Of a stretch of DNA of 45,892 nt, positions 10,553 to 22,032 are shown one piece after another. The position numbers were made by a program, and so were the translations under genes. The notes below the pieces were generated by a model. That model saw only the letters and a list, made by a program, of their open reading frames with translations. It did not search any database and was not told where the DNA came from. Position 1 is the stretch's first letter. Every line of letters begins with the position of its first letter. The stretch comes from Nitrospirota bacterium (GTDB lineage Bacteria; Nitrospirota; UBA9217), in NCBI GenBank assembly GCA_029858565.1, contig JAOUEV010000027.1:1-45892 (forward strand), given 5' to 3'.

Positions 10553-10983
10553 AAATCCTGCTCGACACCTCGGTGCTCGTTGCGGCGCTTGTGAAGCCGC
10601 ACCCGGACCATATCCGCGCGCTTCCCTGGCTTGCCGGCGAGAAATCGAAAACAACCGAGTTGGTAATATCATCGCACACCATTGCCGAGCTCTACGCCGT
10701 GCTTACGACGCTGCCGGTCAGTCCGAGGATATCGCCGGGCCTCGCATGGCGGCTTATCCGTGAAAGTGTAGAACCCAATACATCCCTTGTTTCGCTTACC
10801 ACCTCCGAATATCTCGCGACTGTGAAACAACTGAGCGACCTGGGTGTTTCCGGGGGCGCGGTATATGATGCCCTGATCGTAAGGGCTGCTCAGAAAGCCC
10901 ATGTGGATCGAATTGTCACGTTCAATGTGAACGATTTTAGAAGGGTATGGCCGGAAGGGGCTGATCATATTGTTTCCCCCTGA
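10549..10983 (+). CDS. PIN-domain toxin (VapC-like)
   Basis: ILLDTSVLVA, HTIAELYAVLT, YDALI, TFN; GTGA overlap with the antitoxin. Confidence 0.93.
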   Translation: MKILLDTSVLVAALVKPHPDHIRALPWLAGEKSKTTELVISSHTIAELYAVLTTLPVSPRISPGLAWRLIRESVEPNTSLVSLTTSEYLATVKQLSDLGVSGGAVYDALIVRAAQKAHVDRIVTFNVNDFRRVWPEGADHIVSP

Positions 10984-11214
10984 TGGTATTTGCGTGGTAG
11001 GCAGGTTGGGTAAATGAGAGATGTCCTGCCCAATATGGCTTAAAAGGGGAAGTCGGACTTCATGGAGAAACAATTCAGCTCAACCTGCAAGCGTTTCATC
11101 TTTTCAGGCCTGACCACTGTGGGCTCCAGCGATGCGTCTGAATGCGGCGCATGACCCTCGTCGTTCTCCTCTCTTCATATCATGGAACCTAATGCCAAGC
11201 CCTTTTTATTTCTT

Positions 11215-11243
11215 TTGACACTGTCCTTGTTTTCCGATAAGTT
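11215..11243 (+). promoter_or_regulatory. promoter placed for a leaderless tsaB transcript
   Basis: TTGACA-17 nt-TAAGTT, then only 6 nt to the ATG at 11250; no SD. Confidence 0.65.
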
Positions 11244-11249
11244 ACCCGC

Positions 11250-11948
11250 ATGCTCGTTCTCGGCATAGAAACAGCCACCAAGACCGGCGGTGTCGCGCTT
11301 GTTGGAGAAAAAGGCGTGATCGCCGAATATACCTCGAACATTGAGGTGACGCACTCGGAGCGTCTGATGGCGAATGTGGACCGGTTGTTGAAGGATACCC
11401 GTATCTCCCTGGCCGATGTCGAGGGGCTTGCCGTGTCCATCGGGCCGGGATCGTTCACCGGACTGCGCATCGGCATCGCGACCATCAAGGGGCTCGTGCT
11501 GGCGACCGGGAAGCCGGTGGCTGCTGTTCCCACGCTCGCAGCGCTGGCCTGGAACCTTCCTCACTCTGCCCATCCCGTCAGCCCGCTCCTTGACGCAAAG
11601 AAGAAGGAAGTCTACGCCGGTGTTTATCGACACGGTCCCGCGGGTATTGAGACGATACTGCCCGAAGCGGTGCTGCCGCTTGCTGAGCTGGCATCGCGGT
11701 TCAATGAGCCGCTGGTATTCACCGGGGAAGGCGCGGGACTGTTCCGTTCGGAATTGCAGGCGCTTTTTGGCCAGCGCGCGTTCTTTGCCCCTGTTTCTGC
11801 AATGGTCCCGTCGGCAGCGAGCGTGGCGGAGATGGGGCGCATGAAGCTGGTGGCGGGCGAGCGGGCGGATGTCGATGCCCTGGCGCCTTTGTACATTCGC
11901 AGGCCTGAGGCTGAAGTGGCGTGGGAAAAAAAGCAGCGATCACGATAG
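11250..11948 (+). CDS. tsaB: tRNA threonylcarbamoyladenosine biosynthesis protein TsaB
   Basis: LGIETAT, HSERL, GPGSFTGLRIG, LDAKKKEVY, PLYIRRPEAE. Confidence 0.96.
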   Translation: MLVLGIETATKTGGVALVGEKGVIAEYTSNIEVTHSERLMANVDRLLKDTRISLADVEGLAVSIGPGSFTGLRIGIATIKGLVLATGKPVAAVPTLAALAWNLPHSAHPVSPLLDAKKKEVYAGVYRHGPAGIETILPEAVLPLAELASRFNEPLVFTGEGAGLFRSELQALFGQRAFFAPVSAMVPSAASVAEMGRMKLVAGERADVDALAPLYIRRPEAEVAWEKKQRSR

Positions 11949-12439
11949 ACCGCATGGTCAAGGAAGACCTGGACCAGGTGCTCGCCATCGAGGTGGTATC
12001 GTTCACCATGCCCTGGTCAAAGAACCTGTTCCTGTCGGAATTCCGGAACAAGCCGATCTCGCTCATGCTGGTGGCGCTTTCCGGGGATGAGGGCCGGTTC
12101 GTTGTGGGTTACATCGTGTGCTGGGTGTTTGTGGACGAGCTCCACATCCTTGATCTCGCAACCATGCCGCAAGGCAGGCGCCGGGGTATTGGCAGGGAAC
12201 TGGTGCTTGCAGCGCTCAGGACAGGGTATGAATGGGGTGCGAGGAAGGCGTTCCTGGAAGTGCGGGAGTCCAACAGCGCGGCGCTTGAACTTTATCGCGG
12301 GCTCGGATTCATGCAGACTCAGGTCCGGGAGGATTATTATGAGCTCCCGGTGGAAAGCGCCATTGTTATGACGCTGCCCACCGAGGGATTGCGGCGGCTG
12401 CTTGCTGACAGTGATAATAACCCTGGAGACGAAAGTTAG
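11921..12439 (+). CDS. rimI: ribosomal protein S18 alanine N-acetyltransferase RimI
   Basis: GNAT motifs RRRGIG, LEVRESNSAALELYRGLGF, YY; typical tsaB-rimI synteny. The start may instead be ATG 11954. Confidence 0.92.
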   Translation: MGKKAAITIDRMVKEDLDQVLAIEVVSFTMPWSKNLFLSEFRNKPISLMLVALSGDEGRFVVGYIVCWVFVDELHILDLATMPQGRRRGIGRELVLAALRTGYEWGARKAFLEVRESNSAALELYRGLGFMQTQVREDYYELPVESAIVMTLPTEGLRRLLADSDNNPGDES

Positions 12440-12603
12440 ATATGTGTAACATATTGAAATAAAAGGATAACAGCAGGATTCCCGCCAATTTAATTCGTCT
12501 TGCCTTTTGCTGGAAAGTGTGTTAACGTTTTACAAAACTGAATAGCGATCCTAGGTATCTTGAAGCATTCGACGACCCCAATCTTTACCAAGGAGGTGCG
12601 ATC

Positions 12604-12843
12604 ATGAATGTAGCGGAGGTGGCAGAAGATGTGGTAAGGGAGAGGCTCAGGACAGAGGATCCGGAGTTCCAGAAATTGGAGCAGGAACACCGGCGGCTGG
12701 ACAAGGAGCTGATGAACTTCGAGACCCATGTGTACCTCAGTCCTGAGGAAGAAGTGGAAAGACGGCGGCTCCAGAAGCTGAAATTAGCGGCAAAGGACAA
12801 AATGACGGATATGATCAGGCGGCGGAGGACCGGAAACGCCTGA
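12604..12843 (+). CDS. DUF465/YdcH-family coiled-coil protein
   Basis: EFQKLEQEHRRLD...LQKLKLAAKDKM; strong AAGGAGGT SD. Confidence 0.88.
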   Translation: MNVAEVAEDVVRERLRTEDPEFQKLEQEHRRLDKELMNFETHVYLSPEEEVERRRLQKLKLAAKDKMTDMIRRRRTGNA

Positions 12844-12851
12844 CGCGTAAG

Positions 12852-12887
12852 AAGGCAAGGATAAGAACCTTGCCTTTTGTGTTTTTG
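12852..12887 (+). terminator. intrinsic terminator
   Basis: AAGGCAAGG-ataagaa-CCTTGCCTT followed by a T-rich tract. Confidence 0.75.
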
Positions 12888-12900
12888 AATCGAATCCATT

Positions 12901-12940
12901 AAATCCCTCCATGCGGAGAGCGCAAGGGGGGATTTTTTTA
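12901..12940 (+). terminator. second terminator-like hairpin just before the ilvD promoter
   Basis: AAATCCCTCC..TGCG-gaga-g-CGCA..GGGGGGATTT plus TTTT; TTGACT -35 follows immediately at 12941. Confidence 0.6.
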
Positions 12941-13007
12941 TTGACTCACCAGCGCTATCTATGTTAAAAATAATGACTATTTTTCCTTTTGGAGCCGAAT
13001 AACCATC

Positions 13008-14657
13008 ATGAGAAGCGACAGGATAAAAAAGGGCGTGGAGCGGGCGCCGCACCGGGCTCTGATGTTCGCCACGGGCATCACCCGTTCCGGTCTGGAAAGA
13101 CCGCTTATCGGCGTGGCAACGAGCTGGAACGACCTTATCCCGGGCCACATCGGCATGCGTGACCTGGAACGGTTCATTGAAAAGGGTGTGCATGCAGGCG
13201 GCGGGTGGCCGCTCTTCTTCGGCCTGCCGGGCATCTGCGACGGCATTGCCATGGGCCATGTGGGAATGCATTATTCCCTGCCCTCGCGGGAGCTCATCGC
13301 CGACCTTGTCGAGTCCATTGCCATGGCCCATGCGTTCGACGGCCTGGTGCTGCTCACCAACTGCGACAAGATCTCGCCGGGCATGCTCATGGCAGCGGCC
13401 CGGGTCAACATCCCGACGATCATGGTCACCGCGGGGCCCATGCATTCGGGCAACTACCGCGGCCAGCGGGTGAACCTGATCAGCGCTTTCGAGGCGGTGG
13501 GCAAGGTACGGAACGGCGAGATGTCCATGAAGGACCTCGCTGAGCTTGAGACCTGCGCCTGTCCCGGAGCCGGTTCCTGCCAGGGCATGTACACGGCAAA
13601 CACCATGGCATGCGTGACCGAGTCCATCGGCATGAGCCTGCCGGGCTGCGCCACAGCGCTTGCCATCTCCGGCGAGAAGCGAAGGATCGCATTCGAGAGC
13701 GGCCAGCGTGTCGTCGGATTGGTGAAAGAGAACCTCACGCCCCGCAAGATCATGACGAAGAACGCTTTTGAGAACGCTATCCGCGTTGACATGGCGCTCG
13801 GCGGTTCCACGAACACGACGCTCCACATTCCCGCTATCGCTCATGAGGCGGGCATCGAACTTCCCGTCAGCCTGTTCGACAAGATCAGCAGGACCACGCC
13901 GCATATCTGCAACATGCTTCCCGGCGGCCAGCACTATCTCGAGGACCTCGACGCTGCGGGCGGCATTCCCGGCGTGCTGCTCCGGTTCAAGGATATGCTG
14001 AAGGACGCTCCCACGGTGAGCGGAAAGTCCGTGAAAGCGCTTGCCAGGGCCGGACGGGTAATGAACGACGATGTGATCCGGCCGCTCGCCAAAGCCTATC
14101 ATAAAGAAGGCGGCATTGCGGTCCTGTCGGGCAACCTCGCGCCGCTGGGCTCGGTGGTGAAGCAGACCGCGGTGAGCGACAAGATGCAGCGCTTCGAAGG
14201 CACGGCCATCGTTTTCGACTCCGAAGAGGAAGCCATGAAGGCGATCATGGCCGGAAAGATCAAGCCCGGTCATGTGATCGTCATCCGGTACGAAGGTCCC
14301 AAGGGCGGACCGGGCATGCGCGAGATGCTCTCACCCACATCGGCCATCTCCGGCATGGGCATGGGCAATTCGGTCGCGCTCCTGACCGACGGCAGGTTCT
14401 CGGGCGGCACGAGGGGTCCCTGCATCGGCCATATCTCTCCGGAAGCTGCGGAAGGCGGCCCGATCGCGGCGGTGCGGAACGGCGACAAGATCGTCCTCGA
14501 TATCCCGAACCGGAAGCTTGAGGTCAAGCTCTCCGCGGCAGAGATCAAGAAGCGGCTTGCCAAGTGGAAGCCCCGGGAGCCGAAGATCAAGTCCGGCTGG
14601 CTTGCCCGGTACGCGAAGGTTGTTACGTCGGCGAATACCGGAGCAGTGGTAAAGTAG
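13008..14657 (+). CDS. ilvD: dihydroxy-acid dehydratase
   Basis: [59 protein letters not shown]. Confidence 0.98.
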   Translation: MRSDRIKKGVERAPHRALMFATGITRSGLERPLIGVATSWNDLIPGHIGMRDLERFIEKGVHAGGGWPLFFGLPGICDGIAMGHVGMHYSLPSRELIADLVESIAMAHAFDGLVLLTNCDKISPGMLMAAARVNIPTIMVTAGPMHSGNYRGQRVNLISAFEAVGKVRNGEMSMKDLAELETCACPGAGSCQGMYTANTMACVTESIGMSLPGCATALAISGEKRRIAFESGQRVVGLVKENLTPRKIMTKNAFENAIRVDMALGGSTNTTLHIPAIAHEAGIELPVSLFDKISRTTPHICNMLPGGQHYLEDLDAAGGIPGVLLRFKDMLKDAPTVSGKSVKALARAGRVMNDDVIRPLAKAYHKEGGIAVLSGNLAPLGSVVKQTAVSDKMQRFEGTAIVFDSEEEAMKAIMAGKIKPGHVIVIRYEGPKGGPGMREMLSPTSAISGMGMGNSVALLTDGRFSGGTRGPCIGHISPEAAEGGPIAAVRNGDKIVLDIPNRKLEVKLSAAEIKKRLAKWKPREPKIKSGWLARYAKVVTSANTGAVVK

Positions 14658-14751
14658 TCATCTATTTTCCGCAACGAAGGCGCAGGTGCAACCGGGAAGG
14701 ATTGTTGATCTTCCCCATGCCTCCGTGGCGGGTATTGAAGGGTGTGAACAT

Positions 14752-16491
14752 ATGTCCAGCAAAGAGATAACCGGTGCAGAGATCCTTCTCGAATGCCTCA
14801 AGAAGGAAAAAGTGGACACCATCTTCGCCTATCCCGGCGGAGTGGTGCTCAAGATCTTCGACGTCCTGTACGAGCAGAAGGACATACGCTACATCCTGCC
14901 GCGTCACGAACAGGGCGCGATCCATGCCGCGGACGGCTATGCCCGCTCGACCGGCAAGGTGGGCGTCGCGCTCGTGACCTCGGGTCCCGGGGCCACGAAC
15001 ACGGTCACGGGCATTGCAACAGCCTATATGGACTCCATACCGATCGTGGTATTCACCGGCCAGGTGCCGACGGCGCTTATCGGGAACGACGCGTTCCAGG
15101 AAGCGGACATCGTGGGCATCACCCGTCCCTGCACCAAGTACAATTTCCTGGTGAAGGACGTGAAGGACCTGGCGCAAACGGTCAAGGAGGCTTTCTTTAT
15201 CGCCTCGACCGGCAGGCCCGGCCCGGTGCTGATCGACCTGCCGCGCGATGTGGTGACCAACAAGGCGGAGTTCCACTACCCCGAGAAGGTCAAGATCAGG
15301 AGCTACAATCCCACGGTGGAAGGGAACAAGCGCCAGATCAAGCAGGCTGCCGACGCGATAGCGGCTGCCAAGAAACCGGTATGCTACATCGGCGGCGGCG
15401 TGATCCTGGCCAATGCGGCCGACCAGATCAAGGAGTTCGCCGAGATCACGAAGATCCCGGTGACCCATACGCTCATGGGCATCGGCGGGTTCCCGGGCAC
15501 GCATCCGCTGTCGCTCGGCATGCTCGGCATGCACGGCACCTACTATGCCAACATGTCGATCCATAACTCTGACCTCATCATCGCCATCGGAGCGCGGTTC
15601 GATGACCGTGTGACCGGCAAGGTCGAGGGATTTGCGCCGGAGGCCAAGATCATCCACATTGACGTTGATCCGACCTCGATCCGCAAGAACGTTCGGGTGG
15701 ATATCCCGGTCGTGGGCGACGTGAAGCACGTGATGACGGAGTTGAACAAGGAACTTCGGGCAAGCAAGGAACCCTGGGACGCCATCCGCAAACACTGGCT
15801 CAAGCAGATCGATGCGTGGCGCGAGGAACGTCCGCTCTCCTACGAGCATGACGATGAGGTGATCAAGCCCCAGTTCGTGATCGAGAAGCTCTACGAAGTG
15901 ACCGGCGGCGACGCGATCATCGTGACCGACGTGGGCCAGCACCAGATGTGGGCGGCCCAGTTCTACAAATACGACAAGCCGCGCATGTGGTGCACCTCCG
16001 GCGGTCTGGGGACCATGGGCTACGGTTTCCCCGCGGCCATGGGCGCCAAGGTGGCCCATCCCAACAAGCATGTGTTCAGCATTTCCGGGGACGGCAGCAT
16101 CCAGATGAACATCCAGGAACTGGCCACGTGCGTAGAGAACAACATCCCGGTCAAGGTCATCATCCTGAACAATCGCTACCTCGGCATGGTCCGGCAGTGG
16201 CAGGAACTGTTCTATCAGGAGCGTTACTCATCGGTCGACCTCGGCAGCGTGCCGGATTTCGTCAAGGTGGCCGAGGCATACAGCGCCGTGGGCCTGCGCG
16301 CGACCAAACCCGAAGAGGTCGTGCCGGTGCTGAAGGAGGCCATGAAGATCAACCGGATGGTATTCATGGACTTCGTGGTCGCCCGGTACGAAAAGGTGTT
16401 CCCCATGGTGCCGGCAGGGGCTGCCATCCACGAGATGATCTTCGGCGAGGAAAAGAAAAAGGAAGAGAAGAAGCTCAAAGTAGTGAAGTAA
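14752..16491 (+). CDS. ilvB: acetolactate synthase large subunit
   Basis: RHEQGA, TSGPGATN, TDVGQHQMW, SGGLGTMG, GDGS...NN TPP motif; start at ATG 14752. Confidence 0.98.
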   Translation: MSSKEITGAEILLECLKKEKVDTIFAYPGGVVLKIFDVLYEQKDIRYILPRHEQGAIHAADGYARSTGKVGVALVTSGPGATNTVTGIATAYMDSIPIVVFTGQVPTALIGNDAFQEADIVGITRPCTKYNFLVKDVKDLAQTVKEAFFIASTGRPGPVLIDLPRDVVTNKAEFHYPEKVKIRSYNPTVEGNKRQIKQAADAIAAAKKPVCYIGGGVILANAADQIKEFAEITKIPVTHTLMGIGGFPGTHPLSLGMLGMHGTYYANMSIHNSDLIIAIGARFDDRVTGKVEGFAPEAKIIHIDVDPTSIRKNVRVDIPVVGDVKHVMTELNKELRASKEPWDAIRKHWLKQIDAWREERPLSYEHDDEVIKPQFVIEKLYEVTGGDAIIVTDVGQHQMWAAQFYKYDKPRMWCTSGGLGTMGYGFPAAMGAKVAHPNKHVFSISGDGSIQMNIQELATCVENNIPVKVIILNNRYLGMVRQWQELFYQERYSSVDLGSVPDFVKVAEAYSAVGLRATKPEEVVPVLKEAMKINRMVFMDFVVARYEKVFPMVPAGAAIHEMIFGEEKKKEEKKLKVVK

Positions 16492-16495
16492 GACG

Positions 16496-16584
16496 AATGC
16501 GGAATTCGGAATGCGGAATGCGGAGTGAAAAACAGGACAAGTAGCGCTTTTCTATCCGTATGCACCGTGTTCATCCGTGGTTCC
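16496..16584 (+). repeat. heptamer repeat followed by a 9-nt periodic arm
   Basis: AATGCGG AATTCGG AATGCGG AATGCGG AGTG, then ATCCGTATG CACCGTGTT CATCCGTGG. Confidence 0.8.
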
Positions 16585-16606
16585 AAATATTTTACTAGGA
16601 TAGACT

Positions 16607-17080
16607 ATGAAACATATCATTTCAGTGCTGGTGGAAAACAAGTTCGGCGTGTTGTCCCGGGTGTCGGGGCTCTTCAGCGGCAGGGGATTCAATATCGAGA
16701 CGATCTCGATCGGCCCCACGCTCGATCCATCGATCTCCCAGATGACGATCGTCACGACCGGGGATGAGCGGATCCTTGAGCAGATCATCAAGCAGCTCAA
16801 CAAGCTCATCGACGTGATCAAGGTCACGGACTTCGCGGACAAGGAGTTCGTGGAGCGCGAGATGTGCCTGATCAAGATCAACGCGCCGCTGGATCTCAGG
16901 TCCGAGGCGCTGCGCATCGCCGACATATTCCGCGCCCGCGTTGTGGACTCGACGCAAAAGTCCTACACCTTTCAGCTGACGGGCGACGAGAAGAAGATCA
17001 ACGCTTTCGTGGAATTGCTGCAGCCCATGGGCATCAAAGAGATCGTTCGCACCGGCAAGGTGGCTATCACCCGCGATTAA
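16607..17080 (+). CDS. ilvN: acetolactate synthase small subunit
   Basis: VLVENKFGVLSRVSGLFSGRGFNI, KQLNKLIDVIKV, IVRTG. Confidence 0.97.
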   Translation: MKHIISVLVENKFGVLSRVSGLFSGRGFNIETISIGPTLDPSISQMTIVTTGDERILEQIIKQLNKLIDVIKVTDFADKEFVEREMCLIKINAPLDLRSEALRIADIFRARVVDSTQKSYTFQLTGDEKKINAFVELLQPMGIKEIVRTGKVAITRD

Positions 17081-17099
17081 CGCGGATAAGGATTTCGGA

Positions 17100-17762
17100 A
17101 TGCGGAATATAAACTCAACAACTGCTCTATCGACCTCCCGGCTGTTTCTCGTGATACTGTCGATGCTTCTGGCGCTCACCGCTGGTTGCGCGGAAAAGGG
17201 CCCCATCCTCATCGAGGGAATAACGTATCAAACGCCTGAGGGGGCGGCCGCGGGAAAAGGGAACACCGTTGCCGCTGTCAGCACGTTCCGGGACCTCCGT
17301 GAAGTGCAGCCGTCGGTCATCGGCAAGCGTCAGATCGGCAATGATATCTCCAACGATCTGGTGGTCCAGGGGACGGCTGCAGACATGGTGACGGGAATGA
17401 TCCGCGAAGCGCTGAAGGTCCGCGGGATTGAGGCCCGGAGCGCGGCGGCCTGGGACCTCAGCGATGCGTCGATCAATGCCGAGGGCGCTGATATCCTTGT
17501 TGGCGGTGAGATCAAGGCCCTCCGGGTCGAGGTCATTTCGCAGCCATTCAAGGTCAGGTATAAGGCGATGGTGCAGCTGCGGGTTTCCGCCGCTGATGTG
17601 AAGGAACGAAAGGTCCTCCGTACGTTGAACTTGAGCAGCAGTCTGGAGCAGGAGAATGTGTCCTATTCCGATTATATTGTCCAGGAAATGCTTTCAGAGG
17701 CATTGTCCTCGTCGATCAACCAGCTGCTGAGCGACGAAGAGATCAAGAATAGAATACGCTGA
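17100..17762 (+). CDS. putative lipoprotein (YajG-like)
   Basis: Hydrophobic signal with lipobox LTAGC; FRDLR and alternating beta/alpha pattern resemble YajG/ABC auxiliary lipoproteins. Confidence 0.7.
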   Translation: MRNINSTTALSTSRLFLVILSMLLALTAGCAEKGPILIEGITYQTPEGAAAGKGNTVAAVSTFRDLREVQPSVIGKRQIGNDISNDLVVQGTAADMVTGMIREALKVRGIEARSAAAWDLSDASINAEGADILVGGEIKALRVEVISQPFKVRYKAMVQLRVSAADVKERKVLRTLNLSSSLEQENVSYSDYIVQEMLSEALSSSINQLLSDEEIKNRIR

Positions 17763-17777
17763 CATTATTATCCATAG

Positions 17778-18809
<1,032 letters not shown>

Positions 18810-18834
18810 CTGTAGTTAAACTGATCGGAAATTA

Positions 18835-18934
18835 ACCACAGCAATACGGAGGTCACAGGGGAAGGCTGTATGCGAGCGGGTACTAATACTCGCCGTGATT
18901 TACGGATAATCCCGTGTCTCCGTGCCTCAGTGGT
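18835..18934. repeat. degenerate 8/9-nt periodic inverted-repeat element
   Basis: ACCACAGCAATACGGAGGTCACAGGGG ... CCCGTGTCTCCGTGCCTCAGTGGT, with imperfectly complementary arms. Confidence 0.65.
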
Positions 18935-18952
18935 GAAAAGGATTTTGACCTT

Positions 18953-19597
18953 ATGATGAAAAACTATGGAATACCGGTGGCAGCCGAGGGCTGGCCGTTC
19001 ATTATCCCTCTGGCGGTAGTGACGGGCCTTCTTTTCGCATTCGGTTGGAAGAATACCGGTTCTGTCGCGCTGGTGCTGACCCTCTTTGTCCTGTTCTTCT
19101 TTCGCGATCCCGAGCGGACCGTGCCGCAGGGGCAGGGGGTGGTGGTCTCGCCTGCTGACGGAAGGGTCATCGTGGTCAAGGATATCTTTGAGCCCGATTA
19201 CCTCAAGCAGGACGTAAAGCAGATCAGCATATTTCTGTCGGTGTTCAATGTCCACGTGAACCGCTCACCCATCGCGGGAACCGTGGAATCGGTCAAGTAC
19301 AACCCAGGCAAGTTCCATGTCGCATCCGTGGACAAAGCCTCGCTGGACAATGAACAGACCGGAATGGTGATATCGAACGGCAAACAGAAGGTCCTGGTTA
19401 AGCAGATCGCGGGATTGATCGCTCGCAGGATCGTATGCTACGCGAAGCCCGGCGACCAAGTCAGGCTTGGCGAACGCTACGGTCTGATCAGGTTCGGTTC
19501 CCGTGTGGATATTTTCCTTCCCAAGGATGCCGAACTGAAGGTAAAGGTCGGCGACCGGGTTAAAGGCAGCAGGGACGTCATCGGGGTCCTGAAATGA
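18953..19597 (+). CDS. psd: phosphatidylserine decarboxylase proenzyme
   Basis: FFRDPER, SPADG, IFLSVFNVHVNR, NE, self-cleavage motif IRFGSRVD. Confidence 0.96.
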   Translation: MMKNYGIPVAAEGWPFIIPLAVVTGLLFAFGWKNTGSVALVLTLFVLFFFRDPERTVPQGQGVVVSPADGRVIVVKDIFEPDYLKQDVKQISIFLSVFNVHVNRSPIAGTVESVKYNPGKFHVASVDKASLDNEQTGMVISNGKQKVLVKQIAGLIARRIVCYAKPGDQVRLGERYGLIRFGSRVDIFLPKDAELKVKVGDRVKGSRDVIGVLK

Positions 19598-20340
19598 GAA
19601 AAGGGATATACCTTCTCCCGAACATCATTACCCTGTCGAGCATGTTCTCGGGCTTCTACTCGATCATAGCTTCATTCAACTCGGACTATGAACGCGCGGC
19701 CTGGGCCATCATGATCGCCTCGATATTCGATGTTCTTGACGGATGGGTGGCACGTCTGACCCATACCACGTCGAGGTTCGGGATCGAGATCGATTCGCTG
19801 TCCGATGCCATATCGTTCGGCGTCGCTCCGGGCGTTCTGGTCTACAGCTGGACGCTCCAGTCCTTCGGAAAGATCGGATGGCTCGCGTCGTTCTTCATGG
19901 TCGCATGCGCAGCACTCCGGCTTGCCCGGTTCAACGTGCAAATGGGCAGCGCCGAGAAAAAGCACTTTACCGGGCTTCCTTCTCCTGCCGCAGCTCTCAT
20001 GATCGCGTCCACCGTGCTGGCCTACCAGGAGGTCATTGATTTTTTGCGCCAGATGAAATTCGATTCGCTCGCAGACATGCTCAGCCTTGACTACTGGGTA
20101 CTGGCGCTCACCTTCATGGTCGCAGGTCTGATGGTCAGCAATATCACCTATCACAGTCTCAAAGAAGCCAATCTCAAGGAACGGCGTCCATTCGGCCTGC
20201 TTGTGGTGATCGTTGCCATCCTTGCCGTGGTGGCCTATCATCCGGCTTTGACGCTCTTTCTCGTGTCCCTTGTGTATGTGGGCATCGGCATCGGCGAGGC
20301 CCTGTATAAGCTGGTAAAACGGCCCCAGCCCGCTGTATAG
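19594..20340 (+). CDS. pssA: CDP-diacylglycerol--serine O-phosphatidyltransferase
   Basis: LPN, FDVLDGWVAR, FGIEIDSLSDAISFGVAP, LRLARFN, FTGLPSP. Confidence 0.96.
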   Translation: MRKGIYLLPNIITLSSMFSGFYSIIASFNSDYERAAWAIMIASIFDVLDGWVARLTHTTSRFGIEIDSLSDAISFGVAPGVLVYSWTLQSFGKIGWLASFFMVACAALRLARFNVQMGSAEKKHFTGLPSPAAALMIASTVLAYQEVIDFLRQMKFDSLADMLSLDYWVLALTFMVAGLMVSNITYHSLKEANLKERRPFGLLVVIVAILAVVAYHPALTLFLVSLVYVGIGIGEALYKLVKRPQPAV

Positions 20341-20411
20341 GCAGGACCGAGCTCCGACGCGGCATCATCGACAACCGCTCCACCAATCCGTTCTTTCCCG
20401 CGGGGTTTACA

Positions 20412-21935
20412 ATGAGCAGGATCATCAGAATTTTCGACACTACGCTTCGTGACGGCGAACAGTCGCCGGGTGCGAGCATGAACGTTGACGAGAAGCTCGC
20501 ACTGGCGAAGCAGCTTGCGCGGCTCGGGGTGGATATCATCGAGGCGGGTTTCGCGATCTCCTCGCCGGGGGATTTCGAGTCCATCAGGCGCATCGGCGGC
20601 GAAGTGGAAGGACCGGTGATCTGCAGTCTCGCCCGGGCAAAGGAAGCGGACATCAAACGCGCCTGGGAGGCGCTGAAGGACATCCCGCGCAAGCGTCTGC
20701 ACACCTTCCATTCCACCAGCGAGATTCATCTCAAACATCAGTTCCGAATTGACCAGGCCGAGGCGCTGAAACGCTCGGTCGAGATGGTAAAACTTGCGAA
20801 GAGCCTCATCGATGACGTGGAGTTCTCGGCAATGGACGCGACACGAACGGACGCGGCTTACCTCGCTGAAGTGCTTGAGGCGGTCATTGATGCAGGAGCG
20901 GGGACGGTGAACATCCCTGATACCGTCGGCTACACGACCCCCGAGGAGTTCGGCAGGTTCATCAAAACAGTGAAGGACAGGGTCAAGAACATAGACAAGG
21001 CGGTCATCTCGGTGCACTGCCACAACGACCTGGGCATGGCGGTAGCGAATTCGCTGGCAGCGGTCCTGAACGGCGCCGGCCAGGTGGAGTGCACGATCAA
21101 CGGCATCGGCGAACGGGCGGGAAACTGTTCCATGGAAGAGGTCGTGATGGCGCTCAAGACGCGCAAGGACTTCTATGGCGCTGACACGAATATCGCGACC
21201 GAGGAGATCATGCGCTCAAGCCGCCTGGTCACCAAGATCACGGGAATCCCGGTCCAGCCGAACAAGGCGATCGTCGGTGCGAACGCCTTTGCGCATGAAT
21301 CGGGAATTCACCAGGACGGGCTTTTGAAGGAACGCTCCACCTACGAGATCATGCGGCCCGAGACCGTGGGCCTCGTCAAGACGCACCTGGTGCTTGGCAA
21401 ACATTCCGGCCGCCACGCATTCCGCACGCGGCTCAAGGACCTTGGGTATGAGATGTCCGAGGATGACCTGAACAAGGCGTTCGAGCGTTTCAAGCACCTG
21501 GCTGACCAGAAGAAAGAGGTCTTCGACGAGGACCTCGAAGCGATCGTGTCGGACGAGATGCAGCAGATCGCCGAGATCTACGCGCTCAGGAGCCTCAAGG
21601 CCGAGAGCGGGACCGGCATCACGCCAACTGCTGTCGTCGAGATGGATGTGAACGGCAAGATCGTGAAACAAACAGGCTCCGGCGACGGTCCGGTGGATGC
21701 GGTCTATCGCACGATCTCAGAGATCACGGGGACCAAGAGCAGGCTGGAAGCATATCTTGTCAAGGGTATCACGGGCGGCACCGATGCCCTGGGAGAGGTG
21801 ACTGTCAAGGTCGAGGAAGAAGGCAAGAAAGTGGCGGGTCACGGAGCGGACACGGACATCATTGTGGCAAGCGCCAAGGCATATGTGAACGCCCTGAATA
21901 AGTTGGAGTACTGGAAAAAGGGGAGAGCAAAATAA
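20412..21935 (+). CDS. leuA: 2-isopropylmalate synthase
   Basis: [38 protein letters not shown]-terminal regulatory domain (GDGPVDA). Confidence 0.97.
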   Translation: MSRIIRIFDTTLRDGEQSPGASMNVDEKLALAKQLARLGVDIIEAGFAISSPGDFESIRRIGGEVEGPVICSLARAKEADIKRAWEALKDIPRKRLHTFHSTSEIHLKHQFRIDQAEALKRSVEMVKLAKSLIDDVEFSAMDATRTDAAYLAEVLEAVIDAGAGTVNIPDTVGYTTPEEFGRFIKTVKDRVKNIDKAVISVHCHNDLGMAVANSLAAVLNGAGQVECTINGIGERAGNCSMEEVVMALKTRKDFYGADTNIATEEIMRSSRLVTKITGIPVQPNKAIVGANAFAHESGIHQDGLLKERSTYEIMRPETVGLVKTHLVLGKHSGRHAFRTRLKDLGYEMSEDDLNKAFERFKHLADQKKEVFDEDLEAIVSDEMQQIAEIYALRSLKAESGTGITPTAVVEMDVNGKIVKQTGSGDGPVDAVYRTISEITGTKSRLEAYLVKGITGGTDALGEVTVKVEEEGKKVAGHGADTDIIVASAKAYVNALNKLEYWKKGRAK

Positions 21936-22032
21936 CAACAGAGAATGTGGAAGCCGCTATGCTGTATTTCCGAACGCAACTCCCTCTTAATATCTGTACA
22001 ATCCGGCTGTATTCCCGCTCCTCTTAGCAGGC

